A stretch of DNA of 64,000 nucleotides from Phormidium sp. VAR_61_metabat_6 (GTDB taxonomy: Bacteria; Cyanobacteriota; Cyanobacteriia; Phormidesmidales; Phormidesmidaceae). The first letter of the stretch is position 1, and the number at the start of each line of letters is the position of its first letter. Positions 1 to 10,323 of this stretch are shown in pieces. The notes beneath the pieces were generated by a model, which saw only the letters and a program-made list of their open reading frames with translations, was not told where the DNA came from and did no database searches. The translations under genes were made by a program, and so were the position numbers. The stretch covers positions 493-64,492 of the forward strand of contig JANPIO010000270.1 of NCBI GenBank assembly GCA_031425055.1, in the 5' to 3' direction.

Positions 1-2853
1 CAAGAACGGATTATACCCCTGTTTCATTACAGTCTCAACTCCAATGGCTTTCTGCTACTAGGCAGTTCAGAAAGTATCAGAACATCCTCCGATATGTTTG
101 CATCAGTACATGACCCATCATCTAAAATCTACGCTAAAAAATTAACTTTGACTCGTGCCTTGCCTGTGTTTATAACAAATCCTTATCCCCTTACTAGAGA
201 TGAGCGACAGCAACGAATTTCTGAGAATATTGTCAACAACTTTGATTTAGGACGAGAAGTTGACCGCCTAATTTCAAACCGTTATGCGTCTGTTTGTGTC
301 GTAGTTAATGAACAGATGCAGATCTTACAGGTGCGAGGGGATACTGATCGCTATCTAAAGCTATCTCCTGGTACAACTGACTTAAACTTGCTATTAATGT
401 CCAGAGGAGGATTGGATAGTGTACTTCGCACTTCGATTTATCAAGCCCAAATCCAAAATACTCCAATTCAACAAAAACAGATTCAAATCGAATCCGGTGA
501 GAGACCAGTAATCCTCGATCTTGAAGTGATTCCCTTCCAACCCGTAATTGCGAAAGATCTCTACTTCTTAGTGATTTTTGAAGCGGTTTTACCCTCCCCT
601 ACTCCTCTCGGCCCTGCTACTACTACTGAGCAAAGTCAAAGTTCGGAAGCTCTAGAGCATGAGATTATGCAGCTACGTCAGGCATTGACCGCCTCTACCC
701 AAAGAGAAATTGCTGCTCAAGCACATCTACAGGCGGTAATTCAGGAACAAAACCATCTCAACCAAAGCCTTCGGGTGGCAAATGAGGAAATCTTGTCCAG
801 TAATGAGGAGTTGCAAAGCACCAATGAAGAACTCCAAACCGTCAAAGAAGAGATTCAAGCCACTAACGAAGAACTCTCGACCACCAACGACGAACTTCGC
901 AGCCGCAACCTGCAACAAACTCGAGACAACAGCGACCTCAACAATTTTGTTGACAGCATCAGTGTGCCGATCTTAATGCTCGACAACGAGCTGAGAATTC
1001 GCCGCCTTACCCCCACAGCGCAGCGCCTGTTTAACTATATTCCCAGCGATATTGGACGACCGTTTAGCGACCTCCGTACCGATTTTGATGTTTCTAGCCT
1101 AGAGTCTATGGCGCTAGAGGTGCTGGAGACGCTCAACACCAAAGAACAGGAGATTCAAACCCAGGCAGGCCATTGGTATTCCATACGAATTCGTCCCTAT
1201 CGCACGACGGAAAACCAGATTGACGGATTGACCATAGTCTTTCTCGATATTGACGCGCTCAAACGTCATGCTGTCATCTTAGAGGCGGCTCGTGACTATG
1301 CAGAAGCGATCATTGAGACGGTGCAAATCCCGTTAGTAGTGCTAGATGCCGCTCTGCGAGTGAACAAGGTTAATCACTCGTTCTGCGAAATGTTTCAGAT
1401 TTCAGCATCAGAGGCCGTGCAATCTCTCCTGTTTGAGCTAAGCCATGGGCGGTGGAATATTCCCCAACTGCGATCGCACTTAGAAGACGTGCTCAGCAAT
1501 GATAGCCAGCTGCAAAATTTTGAGATGGACTATTGGACTGAGCAAACTGGGCAAAAAACGCTGCTGATCAATGCTCGTAAGCTACAGCGTGACAATGACA
1601 CGGCCAGGGTTTTGCTGGCGATCGAAGACATCACCGAGCGCCAGCAGTTTGAAGCCGAGCGATCGCAGCTCCTCGCCCAAGAACAGGCCGCCCGTCAGCA
1701 GGCAGAAGCGGCCAACCTGGCCAAAGATGAGTTTCTCTCAAATCTCTCCCACGAGCTCCGCAACCCCCTCAACGCTATATTGGGCTGGGCGCAGCAGCTC
1801 CGCGCTCGCACCCTTAAGGAAACGACTGTCACCCGTGCTTTAGAGACTATTGAGCGCAATGCCAGGGTGCAATCTCAACTCATTGAAGATATTTTAGACA
1901 CCTCTCGGATTGTGAGCGGCAGGCTCAATCTGCGCTCTGCACCACTCAATCTGCGCTCAGTGGTGCAGGCGGCGATCGAGACCGTTCAACTCTCCGCCGA
2001 GGCCAAAAATATCGAAATCGTAGCTCAGCTCCAGGCTGAAAGGGTCGTCGGTGATGCCGATCGATTGCAGCAAGTCTTGTGGAATTTGCTGTCAAACGCC
2101 ATTAAGTTTACCCCGCCCAACGGACGCATTGACATCACCCTAGAGCGGGTGCAGGGGCAGGCTCAGATCAAAGTGACTGACACCGGGCAGGGCATTGCCG
2201 CCGACCTCTTGCCGCATATTTTTGAGCGCTTCCGTCAGGGCGACTCTAGCACCACCAAAGCAAAGCCCGGTCTGGGTTTGGGTTTGGCGATCGCCCAGCA
2301 CCTGGTAGAACTGCACGGGGGCACCTTGCAGGCCACCAGCCCCGGTGAAGGACAAGGCGCGACATTCATCGTTAGTTTGCCTCTGGACGAGTCATCTCCA
2401 GAGGCAACCGCCGGTAATTTAGAGCCGCCTGCCTTAGATCGTTCGAGCGACCCGGCAGCGGCGTTAGAGGGCCTGCAAATTTTGGCCGTCGATGACGAAG
2501 TTGATGCCCTTGATCTATTCAATTTTGTCTTGGAAGGTTACGGGGCTAACGTGCTCACCGTGACTTCTGCCAAAGCTGCTCTAGCTGCTCTAAACGACAA
2601 TCCCAATCGGTACAACCTGCTGATTTGCGATATTGGCATGCCCGAACAAGACGGCTATTGGTTGATTCGACAAGTGCGATCGCTGAGCGCAGAGGCCGGA
2701 GAGCAAGTTCCGGCGATCGCGCTGACGGCCTATGTGAGCGAGGCAGAGCAAGAACGGGCGATCGCCGCCGGTTTTCAGTGTCACCTGGCCAAACCCGTCG
2801 ACCCAGAGAATTTGGTTAAAGCGATCGTGTCAGTCTGTAGCGATATTGTGTGA
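1..2853 (+). CDS. CheR(-CheB)-type methyltransferase / PAS / histidine kinase / receiver hybrid protein, 5' truncated by the window edge
   Basis: Frame is open from base 1 (QERIIPLFHYSLNSNGFLLLGSSES, a CheR C-terminal motif). It continues with a coiled coil (NEELQSTNEEL), PAS domains, HisKA (FLSNLSHELRNPL), HATPase (GLGLGLAI) and a C-terminal REC domain (LAVDDE...DIGMP). The ATG at 94 is internal. Confidence 0.88.
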   Translation, partial: QERIIPLFHYSLNSNGFLLLGSSESIRTSSDMFASVHDPSSKIYAKKLTLTRALPVFITNPYPLTRDERQQRISENIVNNFDLGREVDRLISNRYASVCVVVNEQMQILQVRGDTDRYLKLSPGTTDLNLLLMSRGGLDSVLRTSIYQAQIQNTPIQQKQIQIESGERPVILDLEVIPFQPVIAKDLYFLVIFEAVLPSPTPLGPATTTEQSQSSEALEHEIMQLRQALTASTQREIAAQAHLQAVIQEQNHLNQSLRVANEEILSSNEELQSTNEELQTVKEEIQATNEELSTTNDELRSRNLQQTRDNSDLNNFVDSISVPILMLDNELRIRRLTPTAQRLFNYIPSDIGRPFSDLRTDFDVSSLESMALEVLETLNTKEQEIQTQAGHWYSIRIRPYRTTENQIDGLTIVFLDIDALKRHAVILEAARDYAEAIIETVQIPLVVLDAALRVNKVNHSFCEMFQISASEAVQSLLFELSHGRWNIPQLRSHLEDVLSNDSQLQNFEMDYWTEQTGQKTLLINARKLQRDNDTARVLLAIEDITERQQFEAERSQLLAQEQAARQQAEAANLAKDEFLSNLSHELRNPLNAILGWAQQLRARTLKETTVTRALETIERNARVQSQLIEDILDTSRIVSGRLNLRSAPLNLRSVVQAAIETVQLSAEAKNIEIVAQLQAERVVGDADRLQQVLWNLLSNAIKFTPPNGRIDITLERVQGQAQIKVTDTGQGIAADLLPHIFERFRQGDSSTTKAKPGLGLGLAIAQHLVELHGGTLQATSPGEGQGATFIVSLPLDESSPEATAGNLEPPALDRSSDPAAALEGLQILAVDDEVDALDLFNFVLEGYGANVLTVTSAKAALAALNDNPNRYNLLICDIGMPEQDGYWLIRQVRSLSAEAGEQVPAIALTAYVSEAEQERAIAAGFQCHLAKPVDPENLVKAIVSVCSDIV

Positions 2854-2974
2854 TCAACAGGCACTACCCCACCGTCCATCCCTTAGTTTTTTCTGCCCTC
2901 ACGCGATCGTGTTGGGATAGGACAACTAGGCCATTTAGTTCTTGCAGCAGCGTCTCAGCAGTACCCGTGTCTCC

Positions 2975-3024
2975 TTGACATCCTCCCCGACCTAAAGGGC
3001 GGGGCTTGAAACCCATCGCTTTTG
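2975..3024 (-). mobile_element. Minimal non-autonomous IS200/IS605-family element (fused left and right ends, PATE-like)
   Basis: Minus strand reads TGAC|CAAAAGCGATGGGTTTCAAGCCCCGCCCTTTAGGTCGGGGAGGATGTCAA. It has a subterminal hairpin, a TCAA right-end tetranucleotide and a TGAC-like target at the left. No ORF. Confidence 0.7.
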
Positions 3025-3025
3025 G

Positions 3026-4171
3026 TCATGATCTCAGCCTTCCCTGTCGCCACAGTCGTCGCCAGATGTACAGAGGACTAATTAGGCTGTAAAAATAGAG
3101 GGTAATCTCGCAGGCAGTCACAGTATCACTCATCACCTGGCCTCGATACTTGACCAAATGGCGCACAATTTTGCGCATATCGTTGGCCAGGTAAGCATGG
3201 GCCATCAGCGGACGCTGCCACAGAGGCACGCTCAGCATGCGGGTGCGATGGCGGCTGAGGCCAATGCCCCGAAACATGCGCAGCAGATAGTCGCGCTCAA
3301 ACCGACTAGCCGGAATCTCATGCTGCATTCGCATGGCCGGGTTATACCAAATCTCCCAGCCGTGGCGCTGCATGTGCAACACCACCTCCAAATCTTCCCC
3401 CGCCGCCCGAAAGCCAATGGCATCGGCCAGGGTTAGCCGCTCAGGCACGCTGCCCAGCCAGGCCTGCCGCCGCACCACCAGCCCCGCCGCTGGCGGCAAC
3501 ACCTTTTGCTCAGGCGCATAGAGCAGAGGCTCAGACCCGCGCTCGGTCAGGGCCAGCAACGACCCAATGCGCTCAAAATTCGGCGGTGGGGTCACTTCAA
3601 AATCTCCCCGAATGCGGCTGCCAAAGGCCCCTGCCTGGGGGTGAGTCTGGCCAAATCGGTGAGCCGCTACCACCCAGCCCAGGGCCGGGTGATTGTCGTC
3701 GTCTAAAAACCCCACCAGGGGGCTGCGGGCCAGGGTAATGGCAGACTGGCGGGCGTAGCCAGCCCCCTGACGGGCCTCAAAGGCATAGCGCAGGGGAACA
3801 TCTTGAGGCCACTGCTGCTGATAGGCTTTAAACACCTGGGCGGTGCCATCGGTGCTGTTGTTGTCAACCACGATCACCTCCCAGGCCAGGTGCTCGGTGC
3901 CCAGCTGGGCTAGCAGACAGTCGAGCACCTTGGGCAGGCGGTGCTCACCGTTGTAGGTGCAGATCACCACCGACAGGTCGAGGGTTTCTTTGCCGGGGGC
4001 AGCATTGGCCAGCTTCAGCCGCAAGCGCCGCAGCAGGCGTTGGGTGTAGCTGGGCAGCGGTCGGCTAGCCATCGCCCGCCGCTGAGGGCCTGGGGCGATC
4101 GGTCGTTTAGCAGGCGGAGAGCCTACCCCAGCAGAGAACGATTCAGCTACCGCTAAAAAAGACTCAGCCAT
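3026..4171 (-). CDS. hpsE: Glycosyltransferase family 2, HpsE-like (hormogonium polysaccharide biosynthesis)
   Basis: SVVICTYNG, VVDNNSTD, FLDDD and GEDLE GT-A motifs. Start uncertain (4171 or 4072); the ORF track extends to 4234. Confidence 0.75.
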   Translation of the reverse strand: MAESFLAVAESFSAGVGSPPAKRPIAPGPQRRAMASRPLPSYTQRLLRRLRLKLANAAPGKETLDLSVVICTYNGEHRLPKVLDCLLAQLGTEHLAWEVIVVDNNSTDGTAQVFKAYQQQWPQDVPLRYAFEARQGAGYARQSAITLARSPLVGFLDDDNHPALGWVVAAHRFGQTHPQAGAFGSRIRGDFEVTPPPNFERIGSLLALTERGSEPLLYAPEQKVLPPAAGLVVRRQAWLGSVPERLTLADAIGFRAAGEDLEVVLHMQRHGWEIWYNPAMRMQHEIPASRFERDYLLRMFRGIGLSRHRTRMLSVPLWQRPLMAHAYLANDMRKIVRHLVKYRGQVMSDTVTACEITLYFYSLISPLYIWRRLWRQGRLRS

Positions 4172-4273
4172 AGGTACCAAACCCTTTGCGCTACTGGGTG
4201 ACGCTCCCCAGTGTGCCCGGCAGGAATGGCCCAATATCTTGGCTGGCTGAGTCTGGCCAAAATGGCCACTGGC

Positions 4274-4552
4274 TTAGTGCAGCCCCGGCTCGATCTGGCT
4301 GATGGGGACAAAGCACTCAGTGGGCAGCAGCACCGGGCGATCGCCAAAGATCAGCTTACCGCGATGGGTCTTAGTGCTAATGGCAATGCCGATGGGGCGC
4401 TGCACATCCTCAGGGTGCACCTCGTAATAGGTGCGGTAAATTTGCCGGGCTGACTTGAGCAGAACCGGGTTAAGCGCCATGGGCAGGGCACCAACATCTG
4501 GCAGCTGACTGGGCAATGGGCTAGAAGAAGGGGGTTGCTGTAGACCGTACAC
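4274..4552 (-). CDS. Conserved cyanobacterial hypothetical protein
   Basis: ARQIYRTYYEVHP...RGKLIF...LLPTECFVP resembles a small conserved cyanobacterial family. Co-oriented downstream of leuB. Start may be later (MALNP). Confidence 0.65.
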   Translation of the reverse strand: MYGLQQPPSSSPLPSQLPDVGALPMALNPVLLKSARQIYRTYYEVHPEDVQRPIGIAISTKTHRGKLIFGDRPVLLPTECFVPISQIEPGLH

Positions 4553-4633
4553 GGCTCACCTGTGCGCTTATGAACAGACTCTAACTCGATCTTCCAGGGG
4601 CAGCACATTCTAGAAAGACTTCTAGAAAGAACT

Positions 4634-5716
4634 TTATGACAGGGCACTCAGCAGGGCTTCGCCCATAGCTTTGCAACCCACCTGGGTCATAGTCTCAGAC
4701 ATGATATCGCCAGTTCGATAACCCTGATCTAAAACTGTGATCACGGCCTGCTCAATGCGATCGGCGGCGGCAGGCTGGTCGAGGGCGTAGCGCAGCATCA
4801 TGGCGGCACTCAGCACTTGGGCCAGGGGGTTGGCTTTGTCTTGCCCAGCAATGTCGGGGGCCGACCCATGGACAGGCTCGTAGACCCCCGGCCCGCTGGC
4901 CCCGAGGCTGGCTGAGGGCAACATGCCAATGCTGCCGGTCAGCATCGCCGCCGCATCGGAAAGAATGTCGCCAAACAGGTTGCCGGTAACGATCGTATCA
5001 AACTGCTTGGGCCAGCGGATCAGCTGCATGGCGGCGTTATCGACATACATGTGGGTGAGGGCAACGTCGGGGTAGTCGGCAGCGAGGGCGGTGATGCGAT
5101 CGCGCCACAGCTGCGACACCTCTAGCACGTTGGCCTTATCGACCGAGCACAGCTGGCCTTTGCGTTTTTGGGCTGTCTCAAAGGCGACCTTGCCAATGCG
5201 ATCGATTTCGCGATCGGTGTAGGCCATGGTGTTGACCCCCCGCTTCTGCCCAGTTTCGCTCTCAAATATCCCCTTAGGAGAGCCAAAGTAAATGCCCCCC
5301 GTTAATTCCCGCACCACCATAATATCGACCCCTTCCACCACCTCCCGCTTCAGCGAAGAGGCATCGATCAGCTGAGGCAAAATGGTGGCCGGGCGCAGGT
5401 TGGCAAAGAGTTCTAACCCCGATCGCAGCCCCAGCAGCCCTGTCTCAGGCCGCTGGTGGCGGGGCAGCGTATCCCACTTATAGCCACCGATCGCCGCTAG
5501 CAGCACCGCATCGCTGCCCTTACAGGTCTTCAGCGTGTCCTCCGGCAGCGGCTCCCCGGTGGCATCGATCGCAGCCCCCCCGATCAGCGCCTCCTCAAAC
5601 TCAAAGGCCAGATCCATCTGACGGCCCACAGTGTTGAGCACATCCACCGCCACCGCCATAATCTCAGGGCCAATACCATCACCGGGCAGCAGCGTAATGC
5701 GATAAGTCGAAGTCAT
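4634..5716 (-). CDS. leuB: 3-isopropylmalate dehydrogenase
   Basis: [28 protein letters not shown] and [12 protein letters not shown]. Start at MTSTYR (5716). Confidence 0.97.
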   Translation of the reverse strand: MTSTYRITLLPGDGIGPEIMAVAVDVLNTVGRQMDLAFEFEEALIGGAAIDATGEPLPEDTLKTCKGSDAVLLAAIGGYKWDTLPRHQRPETGLLGLRSGLELFANLRPATILPQLIDASSLKREVVEGVDIMVVRELTGGIYFGSPKGIFESETGQKRGVNTMAYTDREIDRIGKVAFETAQKRKGQLCSVDKANVLEVSQLWRDRITALAADYPDVALTHMYVDNAAMQLIRWPKQFDTIVTGNLFGDILSDAAAMLTGSIGMLPSASLGASGPGVYEPVHGSAPDIAGQDKANPLAQVLSAAMMLRYALDQPAAADRIEQAVITVLDQGYRTGDIMSETMTQVGCKAMGEALLSALS

Positions 5717-5738
5717 AGCGTCCGTGGATTGCGTAAAC

Positions 5739-5755
5739 GTAGGGCACCGCCCACC
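5739..5755. repeat. Degenerate REP-like hairpin (GGTGGGCA..GCCCACC family)
   Basis: GTAGGGCACCGCCCACC, similar to the copies at 16432 and 31414. Confidence 0.4.
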
Positions 5756-5879
5756 AGCCTGGGAAGCACACCGATTCAATATCATACCCCTAGGGGCCAA
5801 CCCCTCCCCGCCAACTTCCCCAGCTCCCCTACCTTCCCTATCCCCTCCTAATCCATCACTACCATCACCCTTCACCCCC

Positions 5880-6578
5880 ATGCCCCAATACCTCTACCTC
5901 CACGGCTTCGCCTCTAGCCCTCGTTCAGCAAAAGCCCAAGCAATGAAAGCCCGCTTCGCCACCCTCGGCCTCGACCTCATCATCCCCGACCTCAACCAGG
6001 GCGACTTTGCCCACCTCACCCTCGGCCGCCAGATCCAGCAGGTCAGCGCCCTAATTTTGGCCCAGGATGAACCTACGGTGCTGATTGGCTCTAGCCTGGG
6101 TGGGCTAACCGCCGCCTGGGTCGCCCAGCAGGCGACTGTTAGCGATCGCATTGAGAAGCTGGTGCTACTGGCTCCCGCCTTCGACTTTCTCCAGCAGTGG
6201 CTGCCCCGCCTCGGCCCGGAGGCGATCGAAACCTGGCGCACCGAGGGCACCCTGCCCGTTTACCACTACACCGAGCAGCGGCAAATTCCTCTCCACTACG
6301 GTTTCATCACCGATGCTCAGAGCTACCGAGACGATGACCTGCGGGCCAACATTCCCACCCTGATTCTTCACGGCACCCGCGACGAGACTATAGCGATAGA
6401 AGCCAGCCGCGCCTACGCTGCCCCTCGCCCCTGGGTGCGCCTGGTGGAACTGCCCAGCGATCACGCCCTAACAGATGTAGAGCCAGAGATTTGGCAGCAC
6501 AGCCAGAGATTCTTAGCTCGACTTTATCCATTTGATCCGAAAAGGAAGGCAGCAAGCAGAATTCAGATGAGGGGCTGA
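5880..6578 (+). CDS. YqiA/YcfP-family alpha/beta hydrolase (esterase)
   Basis: [11 protein letters not shown], nucleophile GSSLGG, LHGTRDE and SDHAL. Start at MPQYLY (5880). Confidence 0.9.
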   Translation: MPQYLYLHGFASSPRSAKAQAMKARFATLGLDLIIPDLNQGDFAHLTLGRQIQQVSALILAQDEPTVLIGSSLGGLTAAWVAQQATVSDRIEKLVLLAPAFDFLQQWLPRLGPEAIETWRTEGTLPVYHYTEQRQIPLHYGFITDAQSYRDDDLRANIPTLILHGTRDETIAIEASRAYAAPRPWVRLVELPSDHALTDVEPEIWQHSQRFLARLYPFDPKRKAASRIQMRG

Positions 6579-6712
6579 GGAGCTTACTGCGGTGGAATTC
6601 ATGGAAATGATGATAGCGTTTGCGCCGCTGTTTTCCCAGCGGGTGTGGCCCCAAGTGTTAACTCTAGTGATAGGAGCGCTACCGATTTCTTCAGCGATCG
6701 GGCGGTTAGGGC

Positions 6713-7162
6713 CTATTTTCTATGCTTGGTCAAAAAGCGATCGAGCTGGTTAGCAAAGGCTGCCGTATCTCGCTGACTAAATGGAGGAGGCCCACCGGTT
6801 TCTACCCCGCCGCTGCGAAGCTCAGTTAAGAAATTTCGCATGGATAGGCGCTCTCGAATATTGCCACGGTCATAAAATTCGCCCCGAGGGTTGAGGGCAT
6901 AGGCCCCTTTCTCGATGGCTTCAGCCGCTAGGGGAATGTCGGCTGTGATCACCAAATCGCCAGATTGTAAGTGTTGCACAATATAGCTATCGGCGACATC
7001 TAAACCCGATCGCACCAGTACGGCATCAATGTAGGAAGACCCTGGAATTTGTAGCTCTTGATTGGCGACTAGGGTGGTCTTAATCTCAACCCGTTTGGCA
7101 GCCCGAAACAGGATCTCTTTAATCACATTGGGGCAGGCGTCGGCATCAACCCATATCTGCAT
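6713..7162 (-). CDS. YaiI/YqxD (UPF0178) family protein
   Basis: [24 protein letters not shown] and NIRERLSMR. Confidence 0.92.
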   Translation of the reverse strand: MQIWVDADACPNVIKEILFRAAKRVEIKTTLVANQELQIPGSSYIDAVLVRSGLDVADSYIVQHLQSGDLVITADIPLAAEAIEKGAYALNPRGEFYDRGNIRERLSMRNFLTELRSGGVETGGPPPFSQRDTAAFANQLDRFLTKHRK

Positions 7163-7401
7163 AATCAGTTTTCACTCTCCCAGACAGCCACTTAATAACC
7201 TAACCACCCGATCATAAGACGAATGTTTAGTGTTAATCGCCTGCACCTCAATACCACTGCACTGAGGATCAGCGGTCTAGCGATCGCATCGATGCCGACT
7301 GGTTGCAGTATCCCGTAGAAAATTCTTGAGAACGCCGCATGCTACGTCCTCAAGAATTGGCAACAGGCGGACTGTCGCCGACTTGTCTCACTAGGTTTAG
7401 G

Positions 7402-8268
7402 CTATTGCGCCTCGGTTGTCAGCTCGCTCCAGGCCTGCACCACGGCTTGGAGCGCAGGTGGGGCATCGTCGATGGCCAGGTCAATGTAGATGGTCTCGTA
7501 GTGCATGGCCGACAGCTGCACTGTGGGGTAATCGGCAAAGGCCGCATCGGTGATATAGCGCAGGCGATTGAGGTTAGGGAAGCGCTGGTCTTTTAACACC
7601 TGTTCAAAGGCTGCTACTTGCTCTGCTGAGAGTTGCCGTTCTGAGACAACCTTGCCGTTCTCTTTCCGCAAAAGTCGGCCATCGGTGAGCAGCACAGTCT
7701 CAAATTGGGTGCCGATTAAGCTCCCCGATTCGACTGAGCGAAAGATGTGGGCTTCGGGTTCTGCTGCTGGCTCCGACATCACTGGGGGAATAAAGTCGGG
7801 AATGAGACCGTTGCGGCTAATGGCGGTGGGGTTTTGCACCATCTCCCGACCATCTTGACGAGCGTGATAGACCCAGCTTTGCTCGCCGTCGGTGATGACG
7901 AGACGCAGACCCGAGATAGCAATCATGGTGCAGAGCTGGTCGGGCTCATAGATACCCATGCAGCCGTCCCAGGTAGCGGTTTCGGCGGCAGCAATGCGCA
8001 GGTCAGCGACGGGGCGATCGACCTCGGTGGCGACGGTTCGCAAGATGCGACGGCTCACCGCTCGGGTCACCAGATCCTCAACCGTCGTCGCTGCCCAGTT
8101 GCCTGGACGAGGCTCGGGCTCTAGGGCGGGTCGGGGTTCACTCTGCTCTGGAAACCCGCCAGATCCTGAGCTAGGGTCAATACAGGCCGCTGCCATGCCT
8201 TGAATAGCGATCGTCCCCAGGGCCAGCAGCGCGATCAAAGTTTTAGTCCGAAGAGGTAAGGGAGCCAT
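7402..8268 (-). CDS. Secreted hypothetical protein
   Basis: Signal-like N-terminus (RTKTLIALLALGTIAIQGMAAAC) and a TWDGCMG...LCTM motif. Confidence 0.7.
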   Translation of the reverse strand: MAPLPLRTKTLIALLALGTIAIQGMAAACIDPSSGSGGFPEQSEPRPALEPEPRPGNWAATTVEDLVTRAVSRRILRTVATEVDRPVADLRIAAAETATWDGCMGIYEPDQLCTMIAISGLRLVITDGEQSWVYHARQDGREMVQNPTAISRNGLIPDFIPPVMSEPAAEPEAHIFRSVESGSLIGTQFETVLLTDGRLLRKENGKVVSERQLSAEQVAAFEQVLKDQRFPNLNRLRYITDAAFADYPTVQLSAMHYETIYIDLAIDDAPPALQAVVQAWSELTTEAQ

Positions 8269-8436
8269 AATCTCAACACTGTTTTGCTTTGCTCCATTAC
8301 CATAGCCAGCCACTCAGAGCTGCGAAGCGTGGTTACAAAATCGGTTACGGGATGGGCGCAGGGGGGCAAACGATTGGATGACTTTTACCGTCAGTGGTAC
8401 GATCGCCTAACGAACGCACCACTGACGACTATGACA

Positions 8437-9312
8437 CTAGGCGGCTTGCCAAATTTCGCGCACTTTACCTTCCGGTAGCCACTCGGCAACTGCCTCAATG
8501 CGCTCTTGGGACAACTCATCTTTAGTGGCTGAAAAAACGGCGGAGACAACGATTTCCGCATTCACCGTCTTTGGCACGCCCGCTTCATTATCCACTCGCG
8601 TCAAAAACAGCTTAGAGTCGATACCTAGAGGTGCTGGCCCTTTGAGGGGCGGACGAATGCGGCTCAAAAAACCGACAATGGGGTTTCTGTCTTTCCAAAG
8701 GTCAGACACTTCCATTTGCAAGGCTTTTTCGTCGGTCGGCAGCGCATCGTTGTGCAGCTCAGCCGCCACACGGTCAGCCTCAGCCGTGGTCATCACGTCG
8801 CGCATCACCCGAAAGACTGTTTCGGTAATATCACGAGCATCGTAGATATCAGGCAGACCGCCCTTAACTTTGACCTTTTCTAAAAATGGTGTGTGCTCGT
8901 TGAGCAACGGCACTGTTGGGCCTTGATCAAGGTCTTGAGGAGGGTTTTGTTCCATGTCTTTCAGCATACGCTGGCCCTTCTCTGTCAACGTAGCCCGCTT
9001 AAATTCAATTAGGTGAGGTAGAGGCCCGTCTGCAGCACCATAGGTGTTGGCCACGCGAAAGTCGACCTCGTCTGGGTCTACTATGCTAGGCACGTCTTCC
9101 TGGTTGCCATAGGCATTGCCGCTAAATTCGGCTTTGATATACTGCCTCTGATTTAGGTAGTCTAGGTGGCCTAGTAGATCAGACTCAGTTAACCCTAGAC
9201 CAGTGAAGTCAGTAGAAGAAAAATCAATGTCTCCCTGCTGGTTTTCTTGGTTACACGCGTTGATTTTGGCGAGGATGATAAACACCACATCGTCTCGAAT
9301 AGAAATTGGCAT
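8437..9312 (-). CDS. DUF2267 domain protein with N-terminal extension
   Basis: C-terminal half (FLEKVKVKGGLPDIYDARDITETVFRVMRD...AVFSATKDELSQERIEAVAEWLP) is DUF2267-like. Confidence 0.75.
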   Translation of the reverse strand: MPISIRDDVVFIILAKINACNQENQQGDIDFSSTDFTGLGLTESDLLGHLDYLNQRQYIKAEFSGNAYGNQEDVPSIVDPDEVDFRVANTYGAADGPLPHLIEFKRATLTEKGQRMLKDMEQNPPQDLDQGPTVPLLNEHTPFLEKVKVKGGLPDIYDARDITETVFRVMRDVMTTAEADRVAAELHNDALPTDEKALQMEVSDLWKDRNPIVGFLSRIRPPLKGPAPLGIDSKLFLTRVDNEAGVPKTVNAEIVVSAVFSATKDELSQERIEAVAEWLPEGKVREIWQAA

Positions 9313-9385
9313 GAGGCCTCCTTAGTATCTGTTTAACGAATGTAAGAATCCAATGGACAGCATGGCTGCCCACTCTGGCTGAGCG

Positions 9386-9676
9386 CTATTCTTCGACATA
9401 CATGGGAGGTTCAACGGCAAAGTTATCGATTCTGCCAGACTCGTCAATTACAAAGCCATGGGAGCTGGGCGTAGTTCCCTCTTCTTGGACCGCGTAATCG
9501 GCTATTTGCTGCCGATTTTTGTCGACATCAACGTTAGACGGAATTTTTTCGTCGGTGGGGTTAACGTTGGTTGCCTGAGCCGTTTGCACAGCCCACTGAT
9601 TGCCGGGAGCCCCACGACCTGGTTCGGCCTCTTGGGGGTTGCCAACGTTGTTAGGAGGATCGTTTTTGGCGGTCAT
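9386..9676 (-). CDS. Small acidic hypothetical protein
   Basis: MTAKNDPP...GFVIDESGRIDNFAVEPPMYVEE. Co-oriented with the DUF2267 gene. Confidence 0.6.
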   Translation of the reverse strand: MTAKNDPPNNVGNPQEAEPGRGAPGNQWAVQTAQATNVNPTDEKIPSNVDVDKNRQQIADYAVQEEGTTPSSHGFVIDESGRIDNFAVEPPMYVEE

Positions 9677-10323
9677 AGTAGTTGGGTGATGGTTACAGCT
9701 GTCGCAGGGCAAAGACCCGTCATGATTAGTTGCGATCGCCCAATCTGAACAACTGCGACATTCTGAAGATAGGTTAACGTGGCTGCCATCAAGCCCAGCA
9801 CTGTCGTAAGGAGCAGATCGCAATCTGGCGAACGTCATCCTTTAGCTAGGTTGTAATGTGCGATCGCCCTCAGATCTGCACCCCGCACTCTATAAAAAAC
9901 GTGGTGAACTGAGTAGGAAAAAGTACTATTTAGCTCATTAAAAAGCCAAAATAGTTGGCAATAGCCTTGCTTCTGAAAACCGATATTGACCTCCCACCTC
10001 TGAGTATGTTGAGAAGGTGGGCTACAAGCTTTGGAATGGGGGAACTGACCTTGACGAAGCGGCTCTTACCAGCGGTTGAGGCTGAGCAGAGCCATCACTT
10101 GCTTTGCCCTAGCGCTGCCATAGGCCCCAGGCATTTTATTCCTTTAGACATATTCCTGTTGTTCTAGAGAACACTATAAGATCCCTTCAGCAACTGGCAC
10201 CCCTTCGCCCTGCGTTTGAGGTTTACAGCTTTTTTGGGGCTGTGCTTGGCCTAGCGGCTAGCGGTTGTGGGCGATCGCCCCCTATAGCGAAGCCAACTCA
10301 AGGTTTGCACCATCAGTCTTGTT

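Noticed and set aside
5717-5881. N-terminal extensions of leuB and the esterase across their shared gap
   Set aside because: The extensions are translations of the low-complexity C-rich tract. The conserved proteins begin at 5716 and 5880.
8331-8350. GGTTAC direct repeat as an HLR1/OmpR-type site
   Set aside because: The period is 12 bp rather than 10, and the second half-site is poor.
9880-9905. CTCTATAAAAAAC resembling the 3' end of a preQ1-I riboswitch
   Set aside because: There is no matching 5' P1 strand or loop motif, and it is far from queF.
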